DNA of 64,000 bases, from assembly GCF_036321535.1 (NCBI RefSeq), contig NC_087436.1, positions 106,766,001 through 106,830,000 of the forward strand. The letters are read 5' to 3'. Under the pieces are notes generated by a model. That model saw nothing but the letters and a program-made list of their open reading frames with translations. It did no database searches and had not been told where the DNA came from. This document shows positions 37,190 through 50,440 of this stretch, piece after piece. This stretch comes from Camelus dromedarius (Eukaryota). A program made the translations under genes and the position numbers. Numbering within the stretch: position 1 is the stretch's first letter; every line of letters begins with the position of its first letter.

Positions 37190-38779
37190 TCTCCTTTTAT
37201 GGAAATCATGAGTAGAAGGGTAGACCAGATGGGCTTTTCTCTAAAATTCCCTATCTCTTTGTTTTTATTTGCCCGTTGAGTTTAATTAACCCTTAAGCCT
37301 ATGGTCAATTAAAGATGTGGCCGTTGGCTGCATAGGGGCAATTTGACCTCTATCAGGATTATTCTGCTCTCACCGCAATGAGTTTGCTCCTTCAGTGGCA
37401 ACCAGAACTCTCTTGGATTTTGTCCTTGGACCAGCGGTGTGCTGTTGATGCTGTCCACATAAAGGTATGAAATGGGTCAGAATTATGCAGTCAACTTCAA
37501 GGTCAGTCTTCAACCAGAGTTGAAAATTCACTTCCCATTCTGTTTCTCTATTTTGACCAGTCACGTTGTTCAATGCAGCATACCAAAAATCATCAATCAG
37601 ATTAGATACAACAGTTAAGATACTCCAACAGTAAAATATCCAAAGAGGGTACAACAGGGTAATGCCAAAACCAGAATTGGTTCAATTTGAATTTAAACCC
37701 CACCTCATTAAAAAAAAAATTATGAAAATACATAAAACTACAAACATAACAACCCTTTGCAAATTAAGGTCAAAGACCCACAATAATAAAGTAAAAAGTC
37801 TAATTCTATTCTCTGTGTGTTTAAAGTTCAAAGAATTTTGTTTTCTACAGTTTCATAGTCTGCATGGTTTCAGTCGGAGATATTTTCAACGTCTGGTGGC
37901 ATTGAGGTTTCAAAAGCAGCTGGAACCTGGACTGTCTTTCAAAAAGATCTGTGTACCTTCTTCAGCGTCTCAGAAGATCTGTTAACTTATTTCCAAGGCT
38001 CTGATGTTTCTAACCTTTTAAAGATTATAGGGAATTAATGGGACACATGAGATTTTCACAGCACCGGCCCCACAGCCATCACATTGGAGAATGAGCCAAT
38101 TCTTCTCCTCAAGGGCAGTTATCCCAGGTGAAGTTGTGTTCCAAGAACCTAGATCTGTATTGCCAGAGAATGTAGCAGGGACATGGTGGCACTGGGGTAA
38201 AAAAGAGGGATGGATAAAGGCTGATGTCAGCATCCCCGCATCACTAAATGCTGGTTAGCTCTTTTCCTGGAATGTACAACCTGTAAACTTAAACTCAGGC
38301 TGGAGAAATCTCTAAGCAAAAGATTAAATTGAGCACTGCCGATTTACTCTATGACAGGGGTAGACACATATGTTTACATAGTGCATCGTCTCCCAGAGAG
38401 TGTCACTTTCCCGTTTTGTTTTTCTTTCAAAATTCAGCAATCGGCAGTGTTGATGACCTGTCTCTAGGACTTAGCTAAGGTTTCCTTCTTTGTAATCCAA
38501 CCTATTCAAAATTTCTCAATATTCATTTCATATTTTTATTGTCCTTCATGGACATTTCTAGTGATGTTCTGACCATACTCCCTATGAACAGGCATTTTCA
38601 TCCTGTTTTCATCAGTTTTTGTTAAATTAGTATTTAGGTATAAAACACCTGCCTCTTAGGGGAGGTTCCCCCTTCTCAAGTAATTAACCGGTTCAGAGCC
38701 AATACAAGATCCTCTGGTGGGGTGCGACTCTGGAGTCTGTGGACTTTCTCCTTGCTGACTGTGGAAAGCGTTGCCCACG

Positions 38780-40760
38780 AGGTTCTCCTTCACAATTTTT
38801 TGCTACCAGTATAACTTTATACCTTCAACTACTACCTTTCTGCAGATTTATCCTTTTTGTTGATTTATTCTTTTTGCTCAGACCACCCATTTTTGCCCCA
38901 ACAGTGTAATTTCAGTTTTAGAGTGAACATATACCCTTTGGTTTCTTACCATCACCTTCAATTCAACATGTATGAAATGAAATTAATCATCGCTCCCTCT
39001 CCTACCAACAAGCTAGTGCCCACATTCTTTCTTCGGCTTCTTCAAATGATGATGCCACACTTCTGTCAATAAACATTGAGATTTCAGCATCCGTTGTGAC
39101 TGTTCTTGATCTAGGCAAAATCTACCTATCTTTTAAGCCTGTTTCAGCTTATATATCTTCCATGGAAATTTTCCCCCAATTAATGTGTGTATGTATACAC
39201 ACATATTAAGCCATTACATATATATATATATTATATATATATATATATATAAACTTAAGGTAAAAATCTATATACACATATGTATATTCATATATATGAG
39301 ATATGAACATATATATCGAGAGAGAGAGGGAAGAGGGTAATCCTGAGTGAATGCTCTTATTTTCCTCTTCCATCTTGTAATTACCCAAGTTCTCTTCACC
39401 TCTTACACCTTTTCCTCCTTTACAGGTAAGTTGGCGCTCATCCTTTGCCAATGCTAAGTTACACCTGTGCTCTGGTACCTGTATCCTCTTAACCTTCTTT
39501 AGGTCTTTAGTCCATTGAGTATCTCCTCTATTTCACAAATTGCATTTTTTACTAAATCCGAAAATGTTTAGTCTCACACTTGATCCTCCATCCTATCTTG
39601 GGTAATGATATCACCATTGGCCAAATTCCTCAAACCACAAGCCAAGAAATTATCCTTGATGACAGTCAAATTTTCCACTCATATCCAAATAGTTGTGAGC
39701 CCCTACCTTGTAAATAACTCTCCAGTATATTTCTCCGTACTGTCATGGCCCTAGTTCATCTCTTCTTCCTCATATGGATTATTTCAAGTCACCTAGCTGG
39801 TAGTCCTGACCTCAGACACTCCCCTGTACTTCAATTAATTCTTCACACTACTGACAGATTTATTATTCCAAAATAAAAGTACGATCATGTTGCATCACTT
39901 CCTTGCTTAAAATATTTCAGTGACTCCCTAGCCTACTGGCTAAAGTTCAAATTCCTTAGGGTGACATGCAAAGACCTTGAAGATCTCATGCTAACCCTAC
40001 CTCGCACTACTTCCTTCCATTCTCCAACCAGTTAAACTATTTTGTAGTATATTGTATTTTCCCTCTGTTTTTATGCATACTGCTGTCTCTGCACAGAAGC
40101 GTTGCTTCAATCTGAATCATCTCTTCTCCCTTCTCAGCCAAATCCTTCAAAATCAAATAACAATTTTACCTTTTTTTTTTTTTTGGCATCCTAAAAAACT
40201 TGAGGTATTTCTTTTTCTGGGTTCCTATTTTTTAAAGAGCCCATACTTATTCCATTGGAGCATAATTATTGTATTATTTTGGTAGTGACTCCTCATTCCT
40301 CTGGTGTCAACTTTTTGCGCTTCCCACATTTAGAATAAAATTCAAATGGCTTTTAATGGTCTGTAAGGCCATGATCTGGCCTTGGGCCACTTTCCTGACC
40401 TCATTTCCTTCCACTTTCTCCCCAGCTGACTCTGCTCCAGCACCACTGGCCTCCTTCCTACTTTCATGCGCACACCCATATTCAATCTTTTGTGCCTGCT
40501 GTTTCTTGTCCTCTTCCCCAGATACTTACATGGCTGGTGCCTTCCTCCTGCACAGGTTTCTGCTCGAGCATCCCTTCCCTCTGAAAGTTGTTTTCCCAGA
40601 GTGTGAAGTTTAGGGTGACCTGTGCCTCATACTGCCCAGCATCTTGAATTACATTCACCATAATAATACATTCCCGGCTTGCCTTCTAAATCATAACCCT
40701 TGCTTGTCAGGGTATACGTGCAACTTGTTGATCATGTTGTAAGCATTCTGGCACTGGCGA
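38780..40760 (+). mobile_element. L2 LINE fragments
   Basis: CACCTTCAATTCAACATGTATGAAATGAAATT (38953); GATCATGTTGCATCACTTCCTTGCTTAAAA; CTCTGCTCCAGCACCACTGGCCTCCTT. Confidence 0.7.
39185..39330. repeat. Degenerate (TA)n/(GA)n microsatellite
   Basis: Directly visible. Confidence 0.85.
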
Positions 40761-43700
40761 AGGATGGCTGGTATTGAAGTATTCTTTTGAAAATAATACT
40801 AGAGCCAAGTTTTCGTCTGAAGGACATGATTAACTATGGATTACCTTAAACTCAAAAAAGCCTTTTGGAATATTTGACTCCTGGTAATAAGGCTAGTGTG
40901 TAATGTTGTGGAATGTTTATCCGGGCTTATTGCATAAACAAATGTAGCTCAAGGCAATGCAGAACTTACGCATGCTATTTTTAAGTGAATTTCACAATGT
41001 GGGCAATGGCTTTCTATGCTACATAATTTATCATATGGTACACATAACTAAGTTGAGTTTTGCAGTGGATGGAGATTAGCCCTGTTGTGTTTTTATAGAC
41101 TTTATCTAAAAATGTGACTTGCCATCCAGAGTCGTTTATAGTTTAAATTATCAAATTATCTGTCTTGGCCCCAAGAACACCAGGAGAGCCTCGCTCTCAG
41201 GCTGAATGTTGGCTTGTACTGACCAGCATGCTAAGTGTGTGACAAGAGATTATCCTAACAGATGTTGTTCCAAACAGATGTTGTCATTACAAACCTTCAT
41301 CAGTGGGCTCCTTCGTAGTTAAAAAGAGTAATTCCCAGGCAGTGAGCTCATAAAAGCAATCAAGAAACGGACAGAAAAAAAAGTAGATGTCTCCAGAATG
41401 TTTTGGACAAGAGTTTCTCAAGACCAGAGAAGGAAACAGAATGGGGAGGTAGGGGATGTGGCAGTGGTTGGGGAAAAAAAAATATTGTGAAGAAGTCCCA
41501 AGTTACATAAAAAGAGTTTTCTATATAGTTTGTCTTATGTGGGATTTTATAACCGTATAAAATCCAATATGCTGGTTTCATTGCAAGCAGGAGGATGCTG
41601 TATTAAAAAAAAAAGCTGGAGAAACAGCATGCAACTCATAAAAGACACGCAGTTTGAATTTACACATGCACCCAACACGGGGGTGTGTGCACCATGAGAA
41701 AGACCAAGACCTTTAATGGGAATGGGAGATGGTACTTCCTTTTCTAGAGCAAAAGCTTTTCGGTCATAGCTAAGCAGCTGATACCCACAGGCATCACCAG
41801 GGAGGGCGATGCTGTGCTTCAGCAATGGACAAAGCAGGCTGACTGTAGTCTCACTGACGAGGAGGAAAGTAAGGTCTGCGCACAGGGAAAGGTCCTTTAA
41901 CGCAGACAGCATTTAGTCTTTTCCCACGTCTTGCCTTTTTGGCTCTGCCTTGAGAGGAACAGGTGGCCAACATTATTATGCCAAGTTCATTCTTGACCAG
42001 AGAGCTATCTCCAGTGGATTGTGTGACTCAGGGCCCTGGGAAGAAGGAAATGGCATAGCTATCAACTGGTCACTGACATAAAAATTAACATCAGCACGTG
42101 AATCTCAGGGCCCCTCTCGGAGGTTGGCTCTGACCCCAAACCACTTCTCTCCACTGATAACAGATTGTGATATTTGTGCTCCACTTCCATTGATCATGGC
42201 TGCCGGTGAGGTTCATCTTCCTTAGGTTTTATCCACGTGACAAAGAGAGGGGCAGATGGACTTGGCACCATGTGATTGGTTTGGGTCCCTGACCCTGCTT
42301 AGGTATGGTGCCTTCTGGCAGTTCAATACTTTGTACTCGTGAGTTTACACCCAGGTCCTAATCTGGCAGCTGCAAGAAGGAAAAACTTCCTTGAAGCTGC
42401 ATTAAGTTTTTGCTTAATGCAGCATTTCTCAAACCAACCTCACAATCAAATGCTTTTACCAGAGTCCAGGAGAGGACAAATCAAACCATTTTTTTTTTCA
42501 CACAGCCCTGCCTTTGCAGAAAGACTGTTCTGAACATGTTTCCTAAAGACAGACAAAAACTACACAGATGAAGATTGTGGTTTAGTGATTTTCAGGGAAA
42601 TCTAAAAGCTGCAGAAAATCCAAACGGGTGTGTAAAGTCTTTAGAATGCGTACTTAAATCAGCATAAACGAGGGCTTCCCTCCCATTAGGGAATGGGAGT
42701 CTGTTACATTATCCCCATTGACTCTCCTAATGTCCCTGGCTCAGCACCACGGGCAACAGATGCAAAGGGTCACCAATGAAGGGCAAAATATTTTGTGAAA
42801 ATGAAGAACTGAGCTATCTGCATTGCCAGTTTTTCCCACTCTGCACTGAGTGCTCTCGCCTTGTTTTCATACAATGATTTTTTTTTATTTGCCGAGTTGA
42901 TTTTGTTGAATATGGTGGAAAGACAAAAAAAAAAAAAAACAAAAAAAACAAAAGAGAGAGAGAGAGAGAGAATAAAAAAAGAAAGGAAAAGAAAAGCAAG
43001 ATCTCTTTGTTTTCTCTCCAAGTGTGAAGAAAGCACTACCCAGAGCCGGCTTCAAATGGGCTTTGTCATCCCAAAGCACTGTATTTGTTTTACCTTTTCC
43101 TGAACCTTAATGATCTGCTTAGCTAATCAATCTTCAATAATATGTAACAGGCAGGAAAAAAAAGATCACTGAAAAATAGAAATGACTGCAGCTGTTCTCT
43201 GCATTAGAGGGGAACAGCAGAATTCATCTCTGGAGTAGATGCTCTTCTGTTTACGAAAACTTACGGATGGGATTTTTAGGTTATGCATGATTAGGCTCCC
43301 AAGAACTAGTCCAGGGTGGGAGTGGAGACAGAAAAGCAAAGTTACTCTGTATTATCAAGTGTCAAGAATTTTGCTTGTGTGCCCTGGCGGTTTTGGAGGT
43401 GGGGGGATAGTGGTGTATCCTAGAACTAGGAGAAGATGGAAATAGAGACAGACGTTATATATATATACACACTCATACACACAGACATCAGGAAATTATG
43501 GCCATCTGGATTCTGAGCAGAAAAGAAGATGCGTAAGAAATTTCTTGGAGTAGAAATGGCTGAAAAATCTTGATATCAATCTTAGGTTGTCCCCACCTTC
43601 CAAGTACCTCTGTATTGTTTCTCTAATCTTCAGTTAGAATATGCTAGTTTCTCTACCATTTGAATTATTGGTTCTTCCAGGAATGAAGGGGTTGGAGCTG

Positions 43701-46154
43701 TGTCTACCAGGTAGTAGCTAGAGCATTCAAGAGGTAAATAAATGGGAATTTCAAAGTCACAGATCTGCAGGGAAATTCAGAAGTAAGAAGGTGGGGAACG
43801 CCTGGCACCTGAGCAGGACAGGAGCCCATCCGCACCCCCACCTCAGGGCCCATCAGGAGGTGGAGAAGGGGCAGGCTTCCCACAGCTGAGATGGGTCATG
43901 TTATTTTATGGGGATATGAAAGGAAAGTGCAGTCACAGCAGGCTGCCACCCTGTCAAAACAGAACTGCTCCAAGTGTCACCTGATGCTCCCGCACCTGAA
44001 CTCCACCATTTGAGCTCCCTCTGCTTTCTCTTTCCCACCCTCTCCAAACACTGACACTATCACTCCATCTTCTGACTTCTTGTTGAGCCATTTCCCACCC
44101 CGTCTGAAAAGCCCTGGCCTCCATCCTCTGCTTGGTCATGTTCTACCCATCCTTCAAGGCACAACTAAGATTCTTATCTTTTCCATGAAATTGATCCTGA
44201 CTTAGAGCCTAGCTTTAGATATCCCATTTCTGAAGTCCCGACACTCATATCAGGAAAGTCATAACACAACAATGTGATGGTAATTGTCTATTTTCTGTTT
44301 CTTTTATCTTAATTTTGTTTTCCCCAAACAAGAATGGAAATTTTTAGGGTAAAGGAAAGGTGTCATTTATTTTCCCTATATTTCTCAACTTTGCCTAGTT
44401 TATTCCTGGATACCTATTAACCCTTCAGTTAGCATTTGGTTAATGGGCAAGGAGATGCATTAGCCTTTAAAATAAGTGCTTATTATCAGAAAAAGCCCGC
44501 CAGTGGGAAGCAATGCCGGTGCATTAATGCATCAAGTCGCCCACTGTATCTTCAGCTGTTGTTTAGGTGAGCCTCTGCATAGTCAGTTAAATTCTCAGAA
44601 TGAAAAATTATAAGATCTTATGATTTCTGCCTTTCTTTATGGGGTATCTCACGCAGCATAATACTTTCATCTCTTTCGATTTATAGATGAAGTATTCTTT
44701 CCAATATCACTTCATTAAGAATCATACAACTTCATTAAGAGAAGCCAGAATAAAGCAAAACTGAACAAGTTCCTTTAGTCAAACAGTGATTCAACTTGGG
44801 AGAACTTAGGGGACCTTATAATAATTATTTAAATATTGAGAGTACAGTTAGCTTAATGAGAGAGTAATATTTCAAATCTCAGATCAACTTGAGCATCGCA
44901 AGTTAAGGCATTAAATTTTGACTACAGACACGAATAAAGTATCTATTTTAAAAACAGTTCTATTTGCTACATGAGTCAAGTGTACCAGGAGGCCTACGGA
45001 ATTCATTGCATGTCTCCATTTTTATTGTCAGTTCCCCTTGTATACTGTCTCCTCACTGCATGTTCTTTCTCTTTTGCTCCAAGCTTCTTTTTATCTGCAT
45101 ATTGTTTTGCATCTGATGCTCTGGTAGCTTCTCACAGCTCACCCTCATTTATGAGCTGTCCTTCATCTACCATCATCTGCCAAAGAGCTGTTATCAACTG
45201 AGCAGACTAGGACGTGAAATAAAGCTGCCACTTCCGTGTGTGCTAGAATCTAAGGTCAGAGCATGAATAAAAAGACAATTGTATGTTATTGAATTACCCT
45301 TGAAATTCCCTTCGGTAGCTTCTGGGTGGAAGGTCTTCTCTAACCAAGTTGAGCAGAGTCCATTTTTCCACCAGCACTAGAATCATACACTCTTTATTCA
45401 GTTGAACCACTGATAAAGTCATTGGCTTCTTTATACAGGCTATGTTGATCCCAAATCAGATTCTTTAAACATATGTAATGGGATGAGATGTCCAGGTCCT
45501 GAGAGGCACGTGGGAACCAAGACACTGGCAGAAGATGGATTCTGGGCTTCTGATTTAGGCTAGTTCTGAGATATTTGCACATTGAATGGCTGTACTGGTT
45601 GACTCTTCAGTATCAATTCAATTAATATGTCTCTTCTTCTCCATTTCTTTTCCTCCCCCCACCACCCCATGCAAGTACCTATGAGGAAATTCCACTGGGT
45701 TGAATATGTGTATGATGTGACTATATCCTGTGTTGGGATGAAAGTGCCCACTGCCTTGGAAACAAAGTCATGTCTTTATAATGCTCTTGATCATTCACTT
45801 GAAAATAATTAGGGCCATATGCAAAGCCTCTGCATATCAAATGTGGCAACATACAGGGTCTGACAGATGGGTTTTTGGTCTTAACCCTTCTCTGTCTCTT
45901 ATGTGTGAATCATATTAATTGATCTGATTAAGCAGAAAAATTGTAAATATTTTGGCATCATTAAAAAAGCTTTCCCTTGCCTTGATATTGCATGGGGAAC
46001 CTTCTAGTCTGTTTTTTTTTTTTCTTTTGCATCCTTCCATCAAGATGCAGTGAACTAAGATGCCAGTGAAACTTGGCGTGACACAGTTGATGAAAGTCAC
46101 GTGGCATCATCTCTCCTTTTACCACTTTCTAAAAAACTTATTTTATGTTTTTCC

Positions 46155-46421
46155 ATAGCATCTTTATTGAAATAGAATTTACATATCATATAATCCATCC
46201 ATCTGAGTTGTACAATTCAAGGATTTTAGTATAGTCACAGAGTTTTGAAACCATCACCATAATTAAAGAGTATTTTCATCATCTTTGAAAGAAACCCCAT
46301 GCCCTTTACCTATCGTATCCCAGATCCCCCACCTCTAGTCCCTCCTCAGCCTTAGACAACCACTTATCTACTTTCTGGTGCTATAGATTTGCATATTCTG
46401 GTCATTTGACATAAATGGAAT
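46155..46421 (-). mobile_element. L1MB-like 3' end
   Basis: CTTTATTGAAATAGAATTTACATATCAT...AGAAACCCCATGCCC...CTATAGATTTGCATATTCTGGTCATTTGACATAAATGGAAT. Confidence 0.85.
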
Positions 46422-47214
46422 ATGGGTGAGGGGGGATGTGGCATTGAGGGTCTGGGAAACAGTATGCAGATCTGTGTACTTCAAACCAGTTTAGATGACT
46501 CAGTGGATTGTTTTTCAGGACTAAAAATCCAGTCTCAGCATTTAACTGTGTTCTATATCATGGGCATGAATGCAACCTACCTTGGAGCAGGCGCTGAAAA
46601 TAAACCACAAAGCTCCGACAATAGATAACTTTGGTCATAGATCAGCATCAGATATAGATCAATATTTTCTCAATGGCAGTCTTAAATTTACTGACACATA
46701 CAGGTATATTAGGTAACTCTTTTCACTTGTCACCTATTTGGAGGATTCGGGAAAATTTGACGACCTTTATTTAATTCATTTTTTAAGGGATGGTTTTACT
46801 ATTTGAGATAATTGAAAAAACTAGATTACTCAAAGGAGGAAAGGCTTTGTCCATATGCAGAAATACATTTTTGAGAAAAACTTGCTTTGCCAGTAATTTT
46901 TCTAACTGCATCTCGAGGAAATTCCACCTATTTTAAAGTTCAACATGATAAATACCTATAATTGATTTACTTAAGTCTTTATTTTGTTAATTCATACGTA
47001 TGTGTTAGTATGATTTGACAGGTTTAGTCACGGTGGCAGCAGTATAAGATATAATTTCTAACCTGAGGAATGAAATATATATAAACTTTTTATACTTTTA
47101 AGCATACATATCTCAATTTTATATTTGCAGTAACTGGAAACATCCAAAACCCAAATGTCCTGTAGAAAGGACAGAAAGGAGGTGCTCCTCATAAGTAATC
47201 TTTTAGTCATAGTC

Positions 47215-47480
47215 ATAGCACTATTTGCTAAGTGCCCATTATATGGCAGATGATAATAAGTTATTACATTAATCTTTACAACATCCCAGTGAGGTTAAGG
47301 GAGTTACCCTGCACTTTTTTACTGGAGCTCCATTTATCAGGAAAGCAGCTTCAAGCCTATTCAGCCTGTTGGTCGCAATTCCAATCATCACAATTGGTTT
47401 GAATTTCTTTCCACACCTATTGCCGCTGCTTGAAGTGGGAGTTAACTCTTTTAACTCCAAAATCAGAAACAAGAATACAA
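47215..47480 (-). mobile_element. MIR SINE (degenerate)
   Basis: TTAATCTTTACAACATCCCAGTGAGGT. Confidence 0.45.
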
Positions 47481-48179
47481 ACACTTACTGTTCAGATGTG
47501 GTGCTAGTTTAGATCATGTTTCTAAGGCAGATTGAGATGGGATGCTGTATAGTAAAGTTACCTGGTAGTTGTCCAGTTTGGTTGGTTATTTCTTACCCAC
47601 GTTCAAGATTGATTAAGATTAAGATTAAGATTCTGGCATTGATACTTTCTTCTATTCTCTGATCTCCAGGGAAATCTGAGCGTGGTTGCCTTGTTAAACA
47701 ATCCTGGTCTGGCCACTCTGTATAGTGGGTTTAATGTGACTTGTATGCATTTTTGGTTTTCCTTCTCTCTTTGGATTTGTTTTCTTACAACAATTTTTAT
47801 TTTCCATTTGTTGATTAAAAGGAGACAATTTCACAGGGAAATAAAGCATTTAGATTGTCTAAACATCAGGCAGTAAGTATTTACTGATTATCCACTGTGG
47901 GGGATGTTATGGAAGATTCAAAAGAAACATGCAAAATTAGTCTAACTCTTAAAGAAGCTTAAAATCAGCTGAGGAGGCATATATATTTGTGAAATGAATA
48001 GCAGTGAAAGACTGTACGACTAAGTGGAAAATGACTAGTACAGAAAATAAGGATGGCCTTCAATCTTGAGCAATTTTAAATCAAGAAACCTAGTTAAAAT
48101 GTGTTGGTCTCCATAATATAAGAAGTAATTGAGTGTCAGGGAGATGTTTATATAAGTTTTAAGCATCATAACATTAAAT

Positions 48180-48385
48180 ACACAGTCTCTGGAGTTAGAG
48201 AGCCTGGATTCCAATCTGCCACTTATTTGTTGTGTATCAGCTGTGTGATTTTGGGAAATCACATAACCTCTCTGTGCCTCACTTTGTCATCTGTAAATTA
48301 GGGGCACATTATTCACAGGTTATACTATTTATGTGGTGTGAACAGTGCTCATGTTCGCTATACTGTTCTAAAGCTAAACATGCTG
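48180..48385 (+). mobile_element. MIR SINE
   Basis: TCTGGAGTTAGAGAGCCTGGATTCCAATCTGCCACTT...CTGTGTGATTTTGGGAAATCACATAACCTCTCTGTGCCTCACTTTGTCATCTGTAAA. Confidence 0.85.
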
Positions 48386-49391
48386 TGAATCATTCATTCA
48401 GACAGTTGCTATCAGTTAAATACCTAGCAGGAGTCATTAGGTGCTCAGACATTTGACTAAATAATTCTACTTATATGTATCTATTATAAGCAAGAAGAGT
48501 AGTGTTAGGGAAAATTAATTCTAGTTGAGACTACACTTGGTCAAGTCCACAGCTTATTTAAAAAATTTAATTCCAATGAAACCTCAGATCTAAGCCTTCT
48601 GAGGTCCACAAAGGTCAAATAATTTGCTAGTGAGTAAGAAGTAAAATTGGCTTTCATTCCATACCTTTCTTTATGAGTACAAGCTTCCTAATGTCAATAC
48701 TAGTCATGCCATAGTAGAAACACATTTCTAGCTGCATAAATAAGTTTATGAAATATAATTATTATCATAAAAGTAGTTGGAAACAATTTAAATGGCCAAC
48801 ATCAAAGAACCAGTTAAACAAAATACAGTAAATGAACATAATATAATGAATGAAGTTGTTAAAATTATAATTTAGTATAATAATTATTCAAAGTATTTAT
48901 AAAAGCATAATAAAATAATATGTAAATAATTAGTAAAATTATATAAAATAAACATGGATGTGTATGTTAACACAAAATTATTGGTATGTGTTATATGTGA
49001 TCAAATTTAGTTTAATGTGTATTATATTTTATGAAATATACTGAAATGAAATGAAAATTCTGAAGACAAAAATTTAAAGGCAATTTATTAATACGTTTAT
49101 TATTGAAAGTCATTAATTTAAAATGTATACGGTAACTAAGACAAACCAAAAAACAAAACAAAGATCTTTAAAACATCCAGAGAAGAAAACAGATCACCAA
49201 CAAAAAGCAGGAAAGTAGAGAGTCATCTAATTTCTCAACATGTACCATGTAAGTCAGAACATAGTGAGATAATGACCTTAAATTTCTGAGATAGAAAATT
49301 ATAAGTTAACTTAATTTCAGTCCCTATGTTTTTCTATCTTTGAGAAATGGTGGCCAGGAAAAGACATTATCAGAAGTACAAACAAGAGCTT

Positions 49392-50440
49392 AAAGGACAT
49401 GAAAAGGCAATCTACTGAAGGGAGAAGATATTTGTAAATGGTGCATTAGATGAGGGTTTAATGTTCAAAATATATAAAGAACTAAAGAACTCACACAACT
49501 CAATATCAAAAAACAATCCAATTAAAAATGGGCTGAGGACCTGAATAGATGTTTGGCCAACAGGCATGTGAAAAGATGCTCAACATTGCTAATCATCAGG
49601 AAAATGCAAATCAAAACCACAAGGAGATATCATCTCACACCTGTCAGAATGGCTATTGTTACAGACAACATATAACAACAGTTGATGAGGATGTGGAGAA
49701 AAGGGAACCCTCGTGCACTGTTGGTGGGAATGTAAGTTGGTGCGGCCACTAAGGAAAACAGTATGAAGGCTCCTCAAAAAATTAAAAATAAAACCATATG
49801 ATCCAGAAATTCCACTTCTGAGTATTTATCCAAAGAAAACAGAAATACTAATTCAAAAAGATAAATGCATCCCTATGTTATTGCAGTATTATTTACAGTA
49901 GCCAAGATGTGGAAGCAACGTAAGTGTCCATTGATAGATGGATGGATAAAGATGTGGCATATACATCTACAGTGGGATACTACTAATCCATAAAAATTAA
50001 AATTGTGCCACTTGAAACATGGGTGGACCTAGAGGATTCTATACTAGATGAGATATGTAATACAGAGGAAGACAGATACTGTATGATTTTACCTATATGT
50101 GGAATCTAAAAAGCAAAATGAACAAACAAAACAAAATGAAAACAGATTCATAGATACAGAGAGCAAACGGTGGTTGCCAGAAGGGAGGAGGAGGTGGTGG
50201 TGAAACAGGTGAAGGGGATTAATAGATACAAACTTTGTTTTAAAATGAATAAGTCATCGGGATGTAACATGCGGCATAGAGAATATAGTCAATAATATTG
50301 TAATAACTTTGTATGGTGACAGATGTTTACTAGACTTATTGTAGTGATCAATTCATAATGTGTATAAGTGTTGAATCACTATGTTGTGCACCTGAAACTA
50401 ATCTAATATTAACTACATTTCTATTAAAAAAGAAAAAAAG
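49392..50440 (+). mobile_element. L1MA9-like 3' portion (ORF2 end, 3'UTR, A-tail)
   Basis: ATCATCAGGAAAATGCAAATCAAAACCACAAGGAGATATCATCTCACACCTGTCAGAATGGCT; 3'UTR GAATATAGTCAATAATATTGTAATAACTTTGTATGGTGACAGATG. Confidence 0.9.

Noticed and set aside
37370..37654. 94-aa minus-strand ORF with protein-like composition
   Set aside because: No recognisable homology and no ATG at the annotated start; cannot be supported without a search.
38334..38449. 11-bp inverted repeat CACTGCCGATT/AATCGGCAGTG about 95 bp apart
   Set aside because: About one such pair is expected by chance in 64 kb; the interior pairs poorly, so not called a MITE or miRNA.
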